64,000 nucleotides of DNA from Gammaproteobacteria bacterium. Lineage in GTDB: Bacteria; Pseudomonadota; Gammaproteobacteria; Steroidobacterales; JACDCP01. The stretch covers positions 766 through 64,765 of the forward strand of contig DATLFD010000003.1 of assembly GCA_035524935.1 (NCBI GenBank), read 5' to 3'. The notes beneath the pieces were generated by a model that was given only the letters and a program-made list of their open reading frames with translations, did not search any database and was not told the origin of the DNA. The position numbers and the translations under genes were made by a program. Positions 27,414-38,266 of this stretch are shown here, in pieces; position 1 is the first letter of the stretch; each line of letters begins with the position of its first letter.

Positions 27414-29495
27414 CTAGATCTGCAGCCGGGACAGATCGGCCGTGGTCAGGCACAGCCTGCGCAGCGCGTCGAGCAGGGCCAGTCGGTTAAGCCGCAGACG
27501 CTTGTTCTCGCTCATCACCATCACGGCATCGAAAAAGCCGTCGACGGGCTCCTTGAGCGTGGCCAGGCGCTCGAGGACGAGGCCGTATTCGCGTGCCGCC
27601 ACGAGCGGGCTGATCTCCGCCTGCAGCTCGACGAGCCGCGCATAGAGCGCCTGCTCCTGCGGCTCCCGGAGGGCGGCGGCCTCCGGAGCGCCCGGCAACT
27701 TCTCGCTGGTCTTGCGCAGGATGTTGGCGATCCGTTTGTTCGCGGCGGCGAGGCTGGCTGCCGTCTCGAGGCGGGCGAAACGCTTCACCGCCATGAGCCG
27801 CTCGTGAAAATCGAGGGGCGAATCGGGGCGATTGGCGAGCACGGCGTCGAACATGTCGTTGCCGATCCCCTCGCCGGGCATCTCTGTGTAATAAGTCCGC
27901 AGCCGTTCCATCATGAAGTCGTAAACCTCGGCCTCGAGTCCGGCCGGGGCGGCAACCGGCAGACTGTGCGCGGCAACCTCGATCAGGCGGGGCAGGCTGA
28001 GCTCGATGCGCCGCTCGACGAGGATGCGCAGCACGCCGATCGCGGCGCGGCGCACGCCGAAGGGGTCGCGAGTGCCGGTCGGTTTGTCGCCGATCGCGAA
28101 GCTGCCGACCACGGTATCCACTTTCTCGGCGATGGCCGCGGCATTGCCGGCGGCGCTTTGCGGCAGACGATCGCCCGCGAAGCGGGGCAGGTATTGCTCC
28201 TCGATGGCTACGGCCACCGCTTCGGGCTCGCCGTCGGCGCGCGCGTAATAGCAGCCGATGATGCCCTGCAGCTCCGGGAACTCGCCGACCATTGTCGTCA
28301 GCAGGTCGCATTTGGCGAGCGCCGCGATTCGCGCCCCGACTGCGGGCTCGATGCCCGACGGCGCTGCGACGAACCCGAGGATGGTCCCCATGCGCTGCTG
28401 GCGATCAAAAAGCGAGCCGAGCGTCTCGTGGTAGACGACACGCTCGAGATCGACGGCGCGCGAGGCGAGCGGCCGCTTGCGGTCCGTGGCCCAGAAGAAG
28501 GCCGCGTCCTCGAGCCGCGGGCGCACGACCCGCTCGTTACCGGTGCGCACCTGCTCCGGCTGCCGGCTGGCCAGGTTGCTGACGGCAATGAACCGCGGCA
28601 TGAGCTTCCCATTGGCGTCGCGAACGGGAAAGAATCGCAGATGTCCGCGCAGGGTCGCCACCAGCACCTCGGGCGGCAGCTCGAGAAAGCGCGCCTCGAA
28701 ACTGCCGATCTGCGCGACCGGCCATTCGACCAGCGCATTGACGTCGTCGATGAGCTCGTCGTCGAGCAGCGCCTCGCCCGGGATGCGTGCGGCTGCCGCA
28801 GTCACCGCCTCGATCACGCGCTGGCGGCGACGCGCAGGATCGGCGATGACCCGGCCCTTGTTCTCGAGCACGTGAACGTAGGTCGCCGGCCGCGACACGG
28901 TCAGTTCCTGCGGCGCGAGGAACCGATGGCCGCGTGTGCGGTTTCCGGCGCGGATGCCGAACAAGACGGCATTGACGATCTCGCCGCCGAACAGCATCAC
29001 GACCCAATGCACGGGACGCACGAAGGCGTGGTCGCCGCTGCCCCAGCGCATGAGCCGGCGCACCGGCAGGTCGTCGAGCGCGCGTTCGACGATGCCCGGC
29101 AGCAGGGCCTGCGTCGGCCCGCCGGGCTCGACGGCCCGGTGCACGAGCCAGGCGCCCTTCGCGGTTTCCTCGACGTCGAGGGCCGCGACCGTCACGCCGC
29201 AGCTCTCGGCGAAGGCGAGCGCCGCCTGGGTCGGCTCGCCCGCCGCGTCCCGGGCGACGCTGAGCGGCGGTCCGCGGCGCTCGGTGCTGCGCTCCGGTGG
29301 ATGCGGCGCGAGCTTGCTCACGCGCACTGCGAGTCGGCGGGGCGTGGCGAAGGACTCGACCGCCGAGTAGCGCAGCGCGGCCTCGTCCAGCCCGGCCTGC
29401 AGGTTCGCCGCAAAGGCCTCGGCGAGCGGGACGATCGAGCGCGGCGGCAGTTCCTCGGTGCCGATCTCGACGAGGAAATCGCGGTGCTTATCCAT
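27414..29495 (-). CDS. glyS: glycine--tRNA ligase beta subunit
   Basis: True start is ATG 29495 ([18 protein letters not shown]). The rest of ORF 27414-29822 is in-frame read-through over glyQ. Confidence 0.95.
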   Translation of the reverse strand: MDKHRDFLVEIGTEELPPRSIVPLAEAFAANLQAGLDEAALRYSAVESFATPRRLAVRVSKLAPHPPERSTERRGPPLSVARDAAGEPTQAALAFAESCGVTVAALDVEETAKGAWLVHRAVEPGGPTQALLPGIVERALDDLPVRRLMRWGSGDHAFVRPVHWVVMLFGGEIVNAVLFGIRAGNRTRGHRFLAPQELTVSRPATYVHVLENKGRVIADPARRRQRVIEAVTAAAARIPGEALLDDELIDDVNALVEWPVAQIGSFEARFLELPPEVLVATLRGHLRFFPVRDANGKLMPRFIAVSNLASRQPEQVRTGNERVVRPRLEDAAFFWATDRKRPLASRAVDLERVVYHETLGSLFDRQQRMGTILGFVAAPSGIEPAVGARIAALAKCDLLTTMVGEFPELQGIIGCYYARADGEPEAVAVAIEEQYLPRFAGDRLPQSAAGNAAAIAEKVDTVVGSFAIGDKPTGTRDPFGVRRAAIGVLRILVERRIELSLPRLIEVAAHSLPVAAPAGLEAEVYDFMMERLRTYYTEMPGEGIGNDMFDAVLANRPDSPLDFHERLMAVKRFARLETAASLAAANKRIANILRKTSEKLPGAPEAAALREPQEQALYARLVELQAEISPLVAAREYGLVLERLATLKEPVDGFFDAVMVMSENKRLRLNRLALLDALRRLCLTTADLSRLQI

Positions 29496-30417
29496 GCGCC
29501 GGATCGGCTGCGCCGAGCAGCGGAAAGCCGAGTGCCTCGCGCCGTGCGAGGAAGGCTTCTGCGACGGCCTGCGCCATGCGCCGCACGCGCAGGATATAGC
29601 GCTGCCGTTCCGTGACCGATACGGCGTTGCGGGCGTCCAGGAGATTGAAGACGTGCGAGGCTTCCAGCACCTGGTCGTAGGCCGGCAATGCGAGGCCGGA
29701 TTCGATGAGGCGCCGGCAGCTCCGCTCGCTGTGCTTGAAGCGCTCGAACAGGAAGTCGGTGTCGGCGAGCTCGAAATTGAAGGTCGACATCTCGACCTCG
29801 TTCTCCCGGAAGATGTCGCCATAGCTGACCCGGCCGGCCGGCGTCTCGGTCCACAGCAGGTCGAACACGCTGCCGACGTCCTGCAGGTACATGCCGATAC
29901 GCTCGAGGCCGTATGTGATCTCGCCGGTCACCGGCCGGCAGTCGAGCCCGCCGACCGCCTGGAAGTAGGTGAACTGGCTGATTTCCATGCCGTTCAGCCA
30001 CACTTCCCAGCCGAGCCCCCAGGCCCCCAGCGTCGGCGATTCCCAGTCGTCCTCGACGAAACGCACGTCGTGCACGAGCGTATCGATGCCCAGCGCCCGC
30101 AGCGAGTCGAGGTAGATTTCCTGGATGTCCAGCGGCGAGGGTTTGAGCGCGACCTGGAACTGGTAGTAATGCTGGAGGCGAAACGGATTCTCGCCGTACC
30201 GCCCGTCGGTCGGGCGGCGGCAGGGCTGCACGTAGGCGACGCTCCACGGCTCGGGACCGATCGCGCGCAGGAAGGTTGCCGGGTGAAACGTAGCGGCGCC
30301 GACCTCCATGTCGTACGGCTGCGCGATGATGCAGCCGCGCTCGGCCCAGTAGGACTGAAGCGAGAGGATCAGCTCCTGAAACGTGGCCGGGCGCCGCGGG
30401 GCGGCTCGTGCATCCAT
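29488..30417 (-). CDS. glyQ: glycine--tRNA ligase alpha subunit
   Basis: [47 protein letters not shown]. Overlaps glyS by 8 nt. Confidence 0.95.
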   Translation of the reverse strand: MDARAAPRRPATFQELILSLQSYWAERGCIIAQPYDMEVGAATFHPATFLRAIGPEPWSVAYVQPCRRPTDGRYGENPFRLQHYYQFQVALKPSPLDIQEIYLDSLRALGIDTLVHDVRFVEDDWESPTLGAWGLGWEVWLNGMEISQFTYFQAVGGLDCRPVTGEITYGLERIGMYLQDVGSVFDLLWTETPAGRVSYGDIFRENEVEMSTFNFELADTDFLFERFKHSERSCRRLIESGLALPAYDQVLEASHVFNLLDARNAVSVTERQRYILRVRRMAQAVAEAFLARREALGFPLLGAADPAHG

Positions 30418-30602
30418 CTCAGCGGGCCCGGGCGTCCCGGGTGCGGCGAGGCGGAACCTTGAGTGGGGGGCTTGAAATCATGCGGCGCGGCGGATTCGAA
30501 GTGGCCGCAGTATAGCTTTTGGGGCACGCGTTGGGCAGGTCGCGGGAGGCTGGATGGCGCTGGCACGCCCGGGAGAATCCTGATGCAGCCGACGGCGGGC
30601 GG

Positions 30603-30618
30603 TGGCATGCTACGCGCT
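30603..30618 (+). promoter_or_regulatory. possible sigma-54 (-24/-12) promoter of glnA
   Basis: TGGCATGCTACGCGCT has GG and GC spaced as in E. coli glnAp2 (TGGCACAGATTTCGCT). It lies about 40 nt upstream of the glnA ATG. Confidence 0.35.
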
Positions 30619-30655
30619 TTGCAGCGATCGACTCGGTCAGGGGAGGGACGGATCG

Positions 30656-32065
30656 ATGACAGCCGCCGAAGTTTTGCGCGAAATCAAGGACAACGAAGTC
30701 AAGTTCGTCGATTTGCGATTCACCGATACCAAGGGCAAGGAACAGCATGTCACGGTTCCGGCGCGCACAATCGACGAGGATTTCTTCGAGGACGGCAAGA
30801 TGTTCGACGGCTCCTCCATCGCGGGCTGGAAGGGAATCAATGAATCCGACATGATCCTGATGCCCGACGCGGACACCGCGGTCATGGACATCTTCTCCGA
30901 AGACACGACCCTGGTGCTGCGTTGTGACGTCATCGAGCCGTCGACCATGCAGGGCTATGAGCGCGATCCGCGCTCGCTCGCGCGGCGTGCCGAGGCCTAT
31001 CTCAAGTCCACTGGCATCGCCGACACCGCATATTTCGGTCCCGAGAACGAGTTCTTCGTCTTCGACGACGTGCGCTGGGGCGCAGAGATGAGCGGCGCGT
31101 TCTACAAGATCGACTCGAGCGAGGCCGGCTGGAATTCCGAGAAAGTATATGCCGACGGCAACTTCGGCCATCGCCCGGGGATCAAGGGCGGTTATTTTCC
31201 CGTGCCGCCGGTGGATTCGCTCCACGACCTGCGTTCCGCCATGTGCCAGGCACTGGAGGACATGGGGCTCGCCACCGAGGTGCACCATCACGAGGTGGCG
31301 ACGGCCGGCCAGTGCGAGATCGGCGTGGCGTTCAACTCGCTGCTGCGCAAGGCCGACGAGGTGCAGATCCTCAAGTACGTGATCATGAACGTGGCGCAGA
31401 GTTACGGCAAGACCGTGACCTTCATGCCCAAGCCCGTCGTCGGCGACAATGGCAACGGCATGCACGTGCACCAGTCGCTCGCCCTCGACGGCAACAACCT
31501 GTTCACGGGTGACGGCTACGGCGGGCTGTCGGAAACGGCGCTCTACTATATCGGCGGCATCGTGCGGCACGCGCGCGCGCTCAACGCTTTCACGAACGCG
31601 AGCACAAACAGCTACAAGCGGCTCGTGCCCGGTTTCGAGGCGCCGGTCAAGCTCGCGTATTCGGCGCGCAACCGCTCCGCGTCGATCCGCGTGCCTTACG
31701 TGCCGAACCCCAAGGCGCGACGCATCGAAGTGCGTTTCCCGGACTCGACGGGCAACCCGTATTTTGCATTCTCGGCGATGATGCTCGCAGGGCTCGACGG
31801 CATTCAAAACCGCATCCACCCGGGCGATGCCTTGGACAAGGATCTCTACGATCTGCCGGCCGAGGAAGCGAAGGACATCCCGGAGGTATGCTACTCGCTC
31901 GAGCAGGCGCTCAAGGAGCTGAACCACGACCGGCAGTTTCTCACCGCCGGCGGCGTGTTCTCCGACGACCTCATCGACGCCTACATCAAGCTCAAGATGG
32001 AAAACGTGACGCGGCTGCGCATGACCACGCACCCGGTCGAGTTCGACATGTACTTCAGCCTCTGA
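30656..32065 (+). CDS. glnA: type I glutamine synthetase
   Basis: Start is ATG 30656 after GGGGAGGGA ([31 protein letters not shown]). [19 protein letters not shown] and [13 protein letters not shown] are present. Confidence 0.95.
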   Translation: MTAAEVLREIKDNEVKFVDLRFTDTKGKEQHVTVPARTIDEDFFEDGKMFDGSSIAGWKGINESDMILMPDADTAVMDIFSEDTTLVLRCDVIEPSTMQGYERDPRSLARRAEAYLKSTGIADTAYFGPENEFFVFDDVRWGAEMSGAFYKIDSSEAGWNSEKVYADGNFGHRPGIKGGYFPVPPVDSLHDLRSAMCQALEDMGLATEVHHHEVATAGQCEIGVAFNSLLRKADEVQILKYVIMNVAQSYGKTVTFMPKPVVGDNGNGMHVHQSLALDGNNLFTGDGYGGLSETALYYIGGIVRHARALNAFTNASTNSYKRLVPGFEAPVKLAYSARNRSASIRVPYVPNPKARRIEVRFPDSTGNPYFAFSAMMLAGLDGIQNRIHPGDALDKDLYDLPAEEAKDIPEVCYSLEQALKELNHDRQFLTAGGVFSDDLIDAYIKLKMENVTRLRMTTHPVEFDMYFSL

Positions 32066-32127
32066 GGCGGCGGCGGGGCTACCGTACAGGTTTTGTTTAC
32101 CGCGCAACGGCGCGCTATGCTGGCACC

Positions 32128-32664
32128 ATGCGCGCCTCGATAGCTCTGCTGCTCGTGCTGGCGCTGGGTCCCGCCGGCGCGGTCACTCTATATAAATGGG
32201 TCGATGAGGACGGCGTGCGGCACTTCTCGGACCAGCCGCACCCGGGCGCGGAGGTCATCGAGCTCGAGGAGGCGCAAACCTTCGCCGCGCCGCGGGTGGT
32301 CGAGCGGACTCCGGATCGCGCGGGCACCGATGCGGGCGAGGGATTCAGCTATCAGGGCTTCTGGGTCGCAACGCCGCGGGGCGGGCAGACGCTCTGGAAC
32401 ATCGAGGGGAATCTCGGCGTGGCGCTGTCGCTGACGCCTGCGCTCCAGCCCGGTCACCGCATCCGTGTTTTTCTCGACGGCGAGCTCGTCGAGGAATTGC
32501 CCGATTCGAGCACGTCGTTCACGGTGCCGGAGGTTTACCGAGGCACGCATACGCTGCGCGCAACAGTGGTCGACGCCGCCGGCAACGTCATCGCGGAGAC
32601 CGAGCCGATCACGTTCTACGTGCACCAGACGTCGATACTGTCGCCGGCGCGTCAGAACCGGTAA
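32128..32664 (+). CDS. DUF4124 domain-containing secreted protein
   Basis: Start is ATG 32128. Signal peptide MRASIALLLVLALGPAGA, then LYKWVDEDGVRHFSDQP (DUF4124 motif). Confidence 0.7.
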   Translation: MRASIALLLVLALGPAGAVTLYKWVDEDGVRHFSDQPHPGAEVIELEEAQTFAAPRVVERTPDRAGTDAGEGFSYQGFWVATPRGGQTLWNIEGNLGVALSLTPALQPGHRIRVFLDGELVEELPDSSTSFTVPEVYRGTHTLRATVVDAAGNVIAETEPITFYVHQTSILSPARQNR

Positions 32665-33659
32665 GCGCCCTCCACCTCGAGCACGAGCTCGCGCCGGCAG
32701 ATATCGCCGCGCAGGCATACGATCCGGTCGCCGGCCTCGAGGCAATCCGGCAGCAGCGCAGTCGCGGCCTGCAGATCTTCGCGTCGCCGGAGATAAATGC
32801 GCAGGCTCGCGGCGGCGGCGGTGCTTGCGCCGCCGCAGTCCGCCTGCGCCTGGCGGCGAAGGGCGCGGATATTGCGGAACGTTTCCGTGACCTGGCCCGC
32901 GATGCTGCCGCCGTGCAGGGACTCGTGGCCGACGATGCTCGCAGTGCCGGAGACGAGGAGCTGGCGCGCGCTGCCGGCCTCGAGCAGCACCGCGCGCGAA
33001 AACGAAGGGCTGCGCGGGCCGAACCGTCGCGGGTAGCGGTAGGCGCTCGTCTGGCGCGGATTCTCGACGGCGCGCCGGGGCGCGCCTGCGGCGAGAAGGG
33101 TAATGGACAGCGGCGTCGCGGCCCCCGTGCCGATCGCGGTGCCGGCCGGCAGCTGCCGCCCACGATAGCCGAGCGCATCGAACGCGAGCGCGCGGCCCAG
33201 CGAGAACACCCGGTAGCGCTCGCCGTCACCGTCCCCCGAGTTGATCTCCGGGAACAGGTTCCAGACGCGCAGCAGATGCGGATAGCCGCGCCGGCGCGCG
33301 CACTCGATCAGCCGCCGGTACGCCCGATTGGCGAGCTCGTCGAGCGGGCGGCTGCCGTCGACCTCGAGCTGCAGATGCACGACCAGATGGCCGCGGCTCT
33401 GCCGGAAGCGAAGCTCCCCAAGCTCGCCGCCGCCGACCTCGCCCGTGGAGCACCACACTTCGTCCAACTGCGCGCCGCCCAGGGGCTCGACCTGCAGCGG
33501 AAATACGCCGGCGGCCAGGGAGCCTGCCGCCGCGCCGCCGAAGCGGAAGCGGAACAGCTCGCCTTCGAGCGGCGCTGCGCCCACGGGCTCGAGCTGCACG
33601 CCGAGTGGCGCGGCAGTCCGCTCGCCGGCCGCGTAGCGCCGGGCTGCTTCGCGAATCAC
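32652..33659 (-). CDS. xanB2: FkbO/Hyg5-family chorismatase (XanB2-like; 3-/4-hydroxybenzoate synthase)
   Basis: LLRVWNLFPEINSGDGDGERYRVFSLGRALAF and C-terminal LVSGTASIVGHESLHGG...QVTETFRNI match the FkbO/XanB2 pattern. Its GTG overlaps the stop of the upstream halogenase gene (GTGA). Confidence 0.8.
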   Translation of the reverse strand: MIREAARRYAAGERTAAPLGVQLEPVGAAPLEGELFRFRFGGAAAGSLAAGVFPLQVEPLGGAQLDEVWCSTGEVGGGELGELRFRQSRGHLVVHLQLEVDGSRPLDELANRAYRRLIECARRRGYPHLLRVWNLFPEINSGDGDGERYRVFSLGRALAFDALGYRGRQLPAGTAIGTGAATPLSITLLAAGAPRRAVENPRQTSAYRYPRRFGPRSPSFSRAVLLEAGSARQLLVSGTASIVGHESLHGGSIAGQVTETFRNIRALRRQAQADCGGASTAAAASLRIYLRRREDLQAATALLPDCLEAGDRIVCLRGDICRRELVLEVEGAYRF

Positions 33660-34921
33660 GGCGACGCGACCGGCTGCCGGGCGCAGCCGCCGACCAGCCG
33701 CGTGATCGCGTAGACGGTCTTGAAAAGCGCAAGCCGCAACCTGAGCTCGCGCCCTTCGTACACGTCGCCGGCGAGCATGGAGACGACCGCCTGCTCGAGC
33801 TTGAACAGGTTGCGCGGGCGCTCGAAAAGCCGGCGCATGGTCGGCGTCGTGAATCGGTAGATGAACCAGCAGAACGTGTCGAGCCCCCTGCGTACGGTGC
33901 GCCCGTAACGCCGGGCCTCGCGGCGATAGGCGCGCTGCTCCCCGGCCAGCCAGCGCTCGACGACCGGCACGATGCGCGTCGCGCTCGACATGGCGAGATA
34001 GACTCCGCTCGAGAACACGGGATCGACGAAGGCGAAGGCGTCGCCGATCATCGCATAGCCTGCGCCGACCTGGCGCCGCGAGAAATACGAGTAATTGGCG
34101 GCGACCCGCGACGGCATCACCTGACGGGCGTTACGGCAGCGCGCCGACGCGCCCGGGCAGAGCTCGATGGTCTCGCGCAGGAATTCGTCGCGCGAGCCGC
34201 GGCGCTCCCTGAGGTAGGCGGGGCGGCAAACTGCGCCGATGCTCATGACGCCGCTGGTCAGCGGGATCAGCCACAGCCAGCCGGTCTCGAACCAGTACAC
34301 GCTGATATTGCCCGCTTCGCCGCCGCCGCGCTCGGTCACGCCTTCGAAGTGCGCGAATATCGCCGCCGCCGCATGGTGCGGGTTACGCACCCGCCAGCGC
34401 TCCTGCGAGGCCAGCACGGTTTCCTGTCCCGAAGCGTCGATGAGATAGCGGCAGCCCCAGGTCTGCTCGCTATCGTCCGGGGCGCGCACGTTCACGCAAT
34501 GCGGCTCGCCGAATACCACGCTGGTCACACAATGGCCCTCGAGCGCGTTCACGCCTGCTTCGAGACAGTTCTCGAACAGCAGCGCGTCGAACTCGGAGCG
34601 CCGGACCTGGAAGGCATAGGCCGGCGAGTCGCGCAGCGCGGACGAGAAACAAAACGACCGGTGGGGCGCGGCGTTCCGCCCGGCCGTGAAATCCGCGCCC
34701 GGCTTGAGCACGCCGATTCGGCGCACCCGATCGAGGACGCCGAGCTGGTCGAGTATCGGCATGTTCATCGGCAGCAGCGATTCGCCGATGTGGAAGCGCG
34801 GATGAGTGTCGCGCTCGAACAGAGTGACGTTCCAGCCCCTGCGGCTGAGCAGCGCGGCGGCCGTCGTGCCCGCGGGGCCGCCGCCCGCGACGACCACGTC
34901 GCACTCCCTGGACTCCCCCAT
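33656..34921 (-). CDS. flavin-dependent halogenase-like FAD oxidoreductase
   Basis: True start is ATG 34921 (MGESRECDVVVAGGGPAGTTAA). It carries WxWxIP (GWLWLIP) and FxDPxxSxG (FVDPVFSSG) motifs. The upstream part of ORF 33656-35416 is antisense to the ACP gene. Confidence 0.75.
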   Translation of the reverse strand: MGESRECDVVVAGGGPAGTTAAALLSRRGWNVTLFERDTHPRFHIGESLLPMNMPILDQLGVLDRVRRIGVLKPGADFTAGRNAAPHRSFCFSSALRDSPAYAFQVRRSEFDALLFENCLEAGVNALEGHCVTSVVFGEPHCVNVRAPDDSEQTWGCRYLIDASGQETVLASQERWRVRNPHHAAAAIFAHFEGVTERGGGEAGNISVYWFETGWLWLIPLTSGVMSIGAVCRPAYLRERRGSRDEFLRETIELCPGASARCRNARQVMPSRVAANYSYFSRRQVGAGYAMIGDAFAFVDPVFSSGVYLAMSSATRIVPVVERWLAGEQRAYRREARRYGRTVRRGLDTFCWFIYRFTTPTMRRLFERPRNLFKLEQAVVSMLAGDVYEGRELRLRLALFKTVYAITRLVGGCARQPVASP

Positions 34922-35020
34922 GGTCCGCGATTGTACTTGAACAAAAACTCGCTCAAAATAGCTTGCGCTCGCCGGTTTTGCCGAGAGCGCCCATTCACAT
35001 ACGAAAGCGGGGGAAGCGCC

Positions 35021-35302
35021 GTGGCAGAGCAGAGCCAGGAAGAGCATCGGCTCGCGTGCCTCATCGTCGATGCCTTGAACCTGGAAGACGTCGAACCCGC
35101 CGACATAGATCCTGCGCAACCGCTGTTCGACGGCGGCCTCAACCTGGACTCGATCGACGCGCTCGAAATCGCGGTAGCCGTGGCTCAGGAATACGGCGTG
35201 CATCTGCGCGCCGAGGATGAGGAAACCAAGTCCATCTTCTCGACGCTGCGCAGCCTGTCGGCCCACATTCATCGCCAGGCGGGCCTCCGCGAGGCGAGCT
35301 AG
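35021..35302 (+). CDS. acyl carrier protein (XanC-like)
   Basis: GTG 35021 after GAAAGCGGGGGAAG. GGLNLDSIDALEIAVAV contains the phosphopantetheine serine motif DSxD. Confidence 0.75.
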   Translation: MAEQSQEEHRLACLIVDALNLEDVEPADIDPAQPLFDGGLNLDSIDALEIAVAVAQEYGVHLRAEDEETKSIFSTLRSLSAHIHRQAGLREAS

Positions 35303-35368
35303 ATCGATCCCGCCAGCCTGCAAAAGACGCCGGCGAGCAGCGCCGCGCGCCGCGACGCCGGGCCAGTC

Positions 35369-36697
35369 GTGCTCGACCGGCGCCTGGATGCTCCGCTCGC
35401 GATACGGGGCACGCAAACCATCACCTGCGGCGATTTTCTCGCCGCCGCGATCGAACTGGCGGCGCGGCTGCCGGATCGGCCCGAGGCGATCAATCTCTGC
35501 GCGGAGCGTTATACATTCATGCTGTCGTTCCTCGCGGCGGTGCTGCGCGGACAGTGCAATCTGCTGCCGCCGGCTCGCCAGGGGGTCGCAGTGCAGGAGA
35601 CACTGCGCAGCTTTCCTCAGGCCTACGTGCTGCGCGACGGGCCGGCGGTCGTTCCAGGTGCGCAGGCGCCGGAATTCGTCGTCGAAGCGGACCGTCTCGC
35701 TGCCGGCGCGCCGCTCCCGGCGGGCGTGCCCTCGATAGCCGGGGATCAGATCGCGGCGGTCGTGTTCACGTCAGGCAGCACCGGCGCCGCACAGGCCGTC
35801 GCCAAGAGCTGGCGCACGCTCGCGGCGGGGGCGCTCGTCAACCGGCGCCACCGCCCCGGCGACGCCGGCGCGCTCTGCGGCATGGTGGCGACGGTGCCAC
35901 CGTGGCACATGTACGGCCTCGAATGGTCGCTGATGCTGCCGCTCGTCAGCGAATGCGCGGTGCACTGCGGCGATGCCTTCTATCCCGCCGACATCCTGCG
36001 CGCGCTCGAGCACGTGCCCGCGGAGCGCGTGCTGGTGTCGACGCCGCTGCACCTGCGGGCGATGGTTCGTTCGAAGCTGCGCTTTCCGGGCGTGCGCACC
36101 GTGCTCTGCGCGACGGCGCCGCTCGATCCCGTTCTCGCCCGCGACGTGGAGCGCCTGCTATCGGCGCAGGTGTTCGAGATTTACGGCTGCAGCGAGGCCG
36201 GCTCGATGGCTTGCCGATGGCCTGCGCGCGAACCGGAATGGCGGTTCTTCGACGAGTTTCGGGCCGAGTCGGAACACGGCGCCGTGCGCGTCACCGCGGC
36301 ACATCTGCCTGCGCCGGTGCAGCTGGCCGATGCCATCGAGTTCATGGCCGACGGACGCTTCGCGCTGCACGGCCGCGCGGAGGATATCGTCAAGATCGGC
36401 GGCCGCCGCGCGTCGCTCGGCGAGCTCAACAACCGGCTGCTCGCCCTCGACGGCGTCGACGACGCCATCGTATTCCATCCGGCGTCTCTCGGGCTTGCGG
36501 ACACCGGCCGGCTCGCCGCGCTCGTGGTGTCGAAAAGCCGCAGCGCAAGGCATATCCGCCGCGAGCTCGCGGCAGTCGTCGACCGGGTGTTTCTGCCGCG
36601 GCCGATCCGGCTCGTCGATGCGCTGCCGCGCTCCGCGACCGGCAAGCTCCGCCGCAGGGAGCTGCTCGAGCTGATCGGCGATGACAGGAGCACATGA
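35369..36697 (+). CDS. AMP-dependent (hydroxy)benzoate:ACP ligase (XanA2-like)
   Basis: AVVFTSGSTGAAQAV is the AMP-binding core motif, with YGCSEAG and KIGGRRASLGEL. It lies next to the ACP and chorismatase genes. Confidence 0.8.
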   Translation: MLDRRLDAPLAIRGTQTITCGDFLAAAIELAARLPDRPEAINLCAERYTFMLSFLAAVLRGQCNLLPPARQGVAVQETLRSFPQAYVLRDGPAVVPGAQAPEFVVEADRLAAGAPLPAGVPSIAGDQIAAVVFTSGSTGAAQAVAKSWRTLAAGALVNRRHRPGDAGALCGMVATVPPWHMYGLEWSLMLPLVSECAVHCGDAFYPADILRALEHVPAERVLVSTPLHLRAMVRSKLRFPGVRTVLCATAPLDPVLARDVERLLSAQVFEIYGCSEAGSMACRWPAREPEWRFFDEFRAESEHGAVRVTAAHLPAPVQLADAIEFMADGRFALHGRAEDIVKIGGRRASLGELNNRLLALDGVDDAIVFHPASLGLADTGRLAALVVSKSRSARHIRRELAAVVDRVFLPRPIRLVDALPRSATGKLRRRELLELIGDDRST

Positions 36698-37692
36698 GCG
36701 GCGCGGCGCGGCAGGCGGCGCGCGCCGCACCGCGCGAGGGCGGCGCCCTCGACGAGACGACAGCCCGCGCAGCCGGCGATGTCCGCAGCGCTGTGAGCGG
36801 CCCGGAACCCGTGTGGCGCCGCCGGCCCGAGGCGGGGACGCTGCTCGGCATCCGCTTTCTCGAATGGGTCGCGCTGGTCCTCGGCCGGCGCGTGCTGCAT
36901 CTGGCGCTCGGGCCGGTCACGCTCTATTTCCTGCTGCTGCGCCCCACCGAGCGGCGCGCTTCGCGAGCGTTCCTCGCCCGCGTCACGGGCCGGCCTGCCT
37001 CCACCGCGAAAGTCATGCGTCACTTCCTCACGTTCGCGCGCGTCACCGCCGACCGCATCTATTTCCTCACCGGACGCGACGACCGCGTGCCGGTGCGCCT
37101 GCACGGCGCAGACGTGCTGCGGCGTCTCGTGAGGGAAGGCCGCGGCGGCATCTTTCTCGCCGGTCACCTGGGCTCTTTCGAGGCGGCGCGGGCCGTCGGC
37201 GTGCAACATCCCGGCGTGATCATGCGCATCGTGCTCGACCGCTCGGTCGGCCGAAGGCTGACGGGAAGGCTCGAAGCCGTGAACCCCGGGTTCGCCCGGG
37301 CCGTCATCGACACGGAGCAGTCGGCTCCGGGCCTCGGCCTCGAGATCGCCGGCGCCCTCGGCCGCGGCGAGTGGGTCGGGTTCCTGGCCGACCGGCACCG
37401 CCCCGGCGACCGCATCACGAGCTGCGATTTCCTCGGCGCGCCGGCCAAGTTTCCACTCGGGCCGTTCATGATCGCGGCCGTATTTCGCGTGCCCGTGGTA
37501 TTCGTCTTTCCCGTTTACGCGCGCGGGCGTTATGAGATTCACTTCGAGACCCTGAGCGAGTCGTTCTCGATTCCGCGACAGGGCCGCCAGGCGCAGCTCG
37601 GCGCGGTCGCGCAGCATTTTGCCGACCGTCTCGCGGAGCATGCCCGGCGCGCGCCGTATAATTGGTTCAACTTCTATGATTTCTGGGCATGA
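36694..37692 (+). CDS. LpxL/HtrB-like lipid A-type (lysophospholipid) acyltransferase
   Basis: Its ATG overlaps the ligase stop (ATGA). FLEWVALVLGRRVLH...IFLAGHLGSFEAA...GFLADR follows the LpxL-family layout seen in aryl-polyene clusters. Confidence 0.7.
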   Translation: MSGAARQAARAAPREGGALDETTARAAGDVRSAVSGPEPVWRRRPEAGTLLGIRFLEWVALVLGRRVLHLALGPVTLYFLLLRPTERRASRAFLARVTGRPASTAKVMRHFLTFARVTADRIYFLTGRDDRVPVRLHGADVLRRLVREGRGGIFLAGHLGSFEAARAVGVQHPGVIMRIVLDRSVGRRLTGRLEAVNPGFARAVIDTEQSAPGLGLEIAGALGRGEWVGFLADRHRPGDRITSCDFLGAPAKFPLGPFMIAAVFRVPVVFVFPVYARGRYEIHFETLSESFSIPRQGRQAQLGAVAQHFADRLAEHARRAPYNWFNFYDFWA

Positions 37693-38266
37693 GCCGCGGC
37701 GCGCGCCGCGCGCGCGGCTGGCCGCCGCGCTGTGCCTGGCGGTATGGACGGTGCCTGCCGCTGCGGACGACTTCGAGTCGATTCTCGAGGCCATAGAAAC
37801 GCCGCGCGACGTGCCCATCCCGTTCGTCGAGAAGCGCGGTAACGCGTTGCTGGCCGAGCCGCTGGTGTTGACCGGCGAGGCCGAGTTCGGCGCAGACGGC
37901 ACCCTGTCGAAGTCCATCGAGACGCCATTTCGCGAGCGCGTCGTCATCACCCGCGACATGCTGGAGCTGACGCGTGACGGCCGCACGCGGCGGCTGTCCC
38001 TGCAACGCAAGGACGACGTCCGGCAGTTCTATGCCGCGCTGCGCGCCTTGCTCGAGGGCGACGCGCAGACCCTGCGCGAGCTGTTCACGATCGAGACGGC
38101 GCGCAACGCGGATTGCTGGCGGCTGGTGCTGGTCCCCGCAGCGGAGCCGCTTGCGGCCTTCGTCGGGAGAATGGTGGTATCCGGGCGATCGTCGCGAGTG
38201 CTCGAAGTTCGGACCGAGCATGCCGCGGACGACTGGCAATCGCTGTCGTTTGGCGGCGCCCCCTGA
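37676..38266 (+). CDS. LolA-like outer-membrane lipoprotein carrier family protein
   Basis: Start is ATG 37676. It has a signal peptide (AAALCLAVWTVPAAA). Size and position (before the MMPL exporter) are as in aryl-polyene clusters. Confidence 0.55.
   Translation: MISGHEPRRAPRARLAAALCLAVWTVPAAADDFESILEAIETPRDVPIPFVEKRGNALLAEPLVLTGEAEFGADGTLSKSIETPFRERVVITRDMLELTRDGRTRRLSLQRKDDVRQFYAALRALLEGDAQTLRELFTIETARNADCWRLVLVPAAEPLAAFVGRMVVSGRSSRVLEVRTEHAADDWQSLSFGGAP

Noticed and set aside
27414-29822. 802-aa ORF suggesting a GlyQ-GlyS-spanning fusion protein
   Set aside because: The first 109 codons are an out-of-frame read-through over the 3' end of glyQ with nonsense-like sequence. The conserved GlyS N-terminus [18 protein letters not shown] starts at ATG 29495.
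33656-35416. 586-aa ORF implying a long N-terminal extension of the halogenase
   Set aside because: The extension is antisense to the ACP gene and the divergent promoter region. The Rossmann GxGxxG begins right after ATG 34921.
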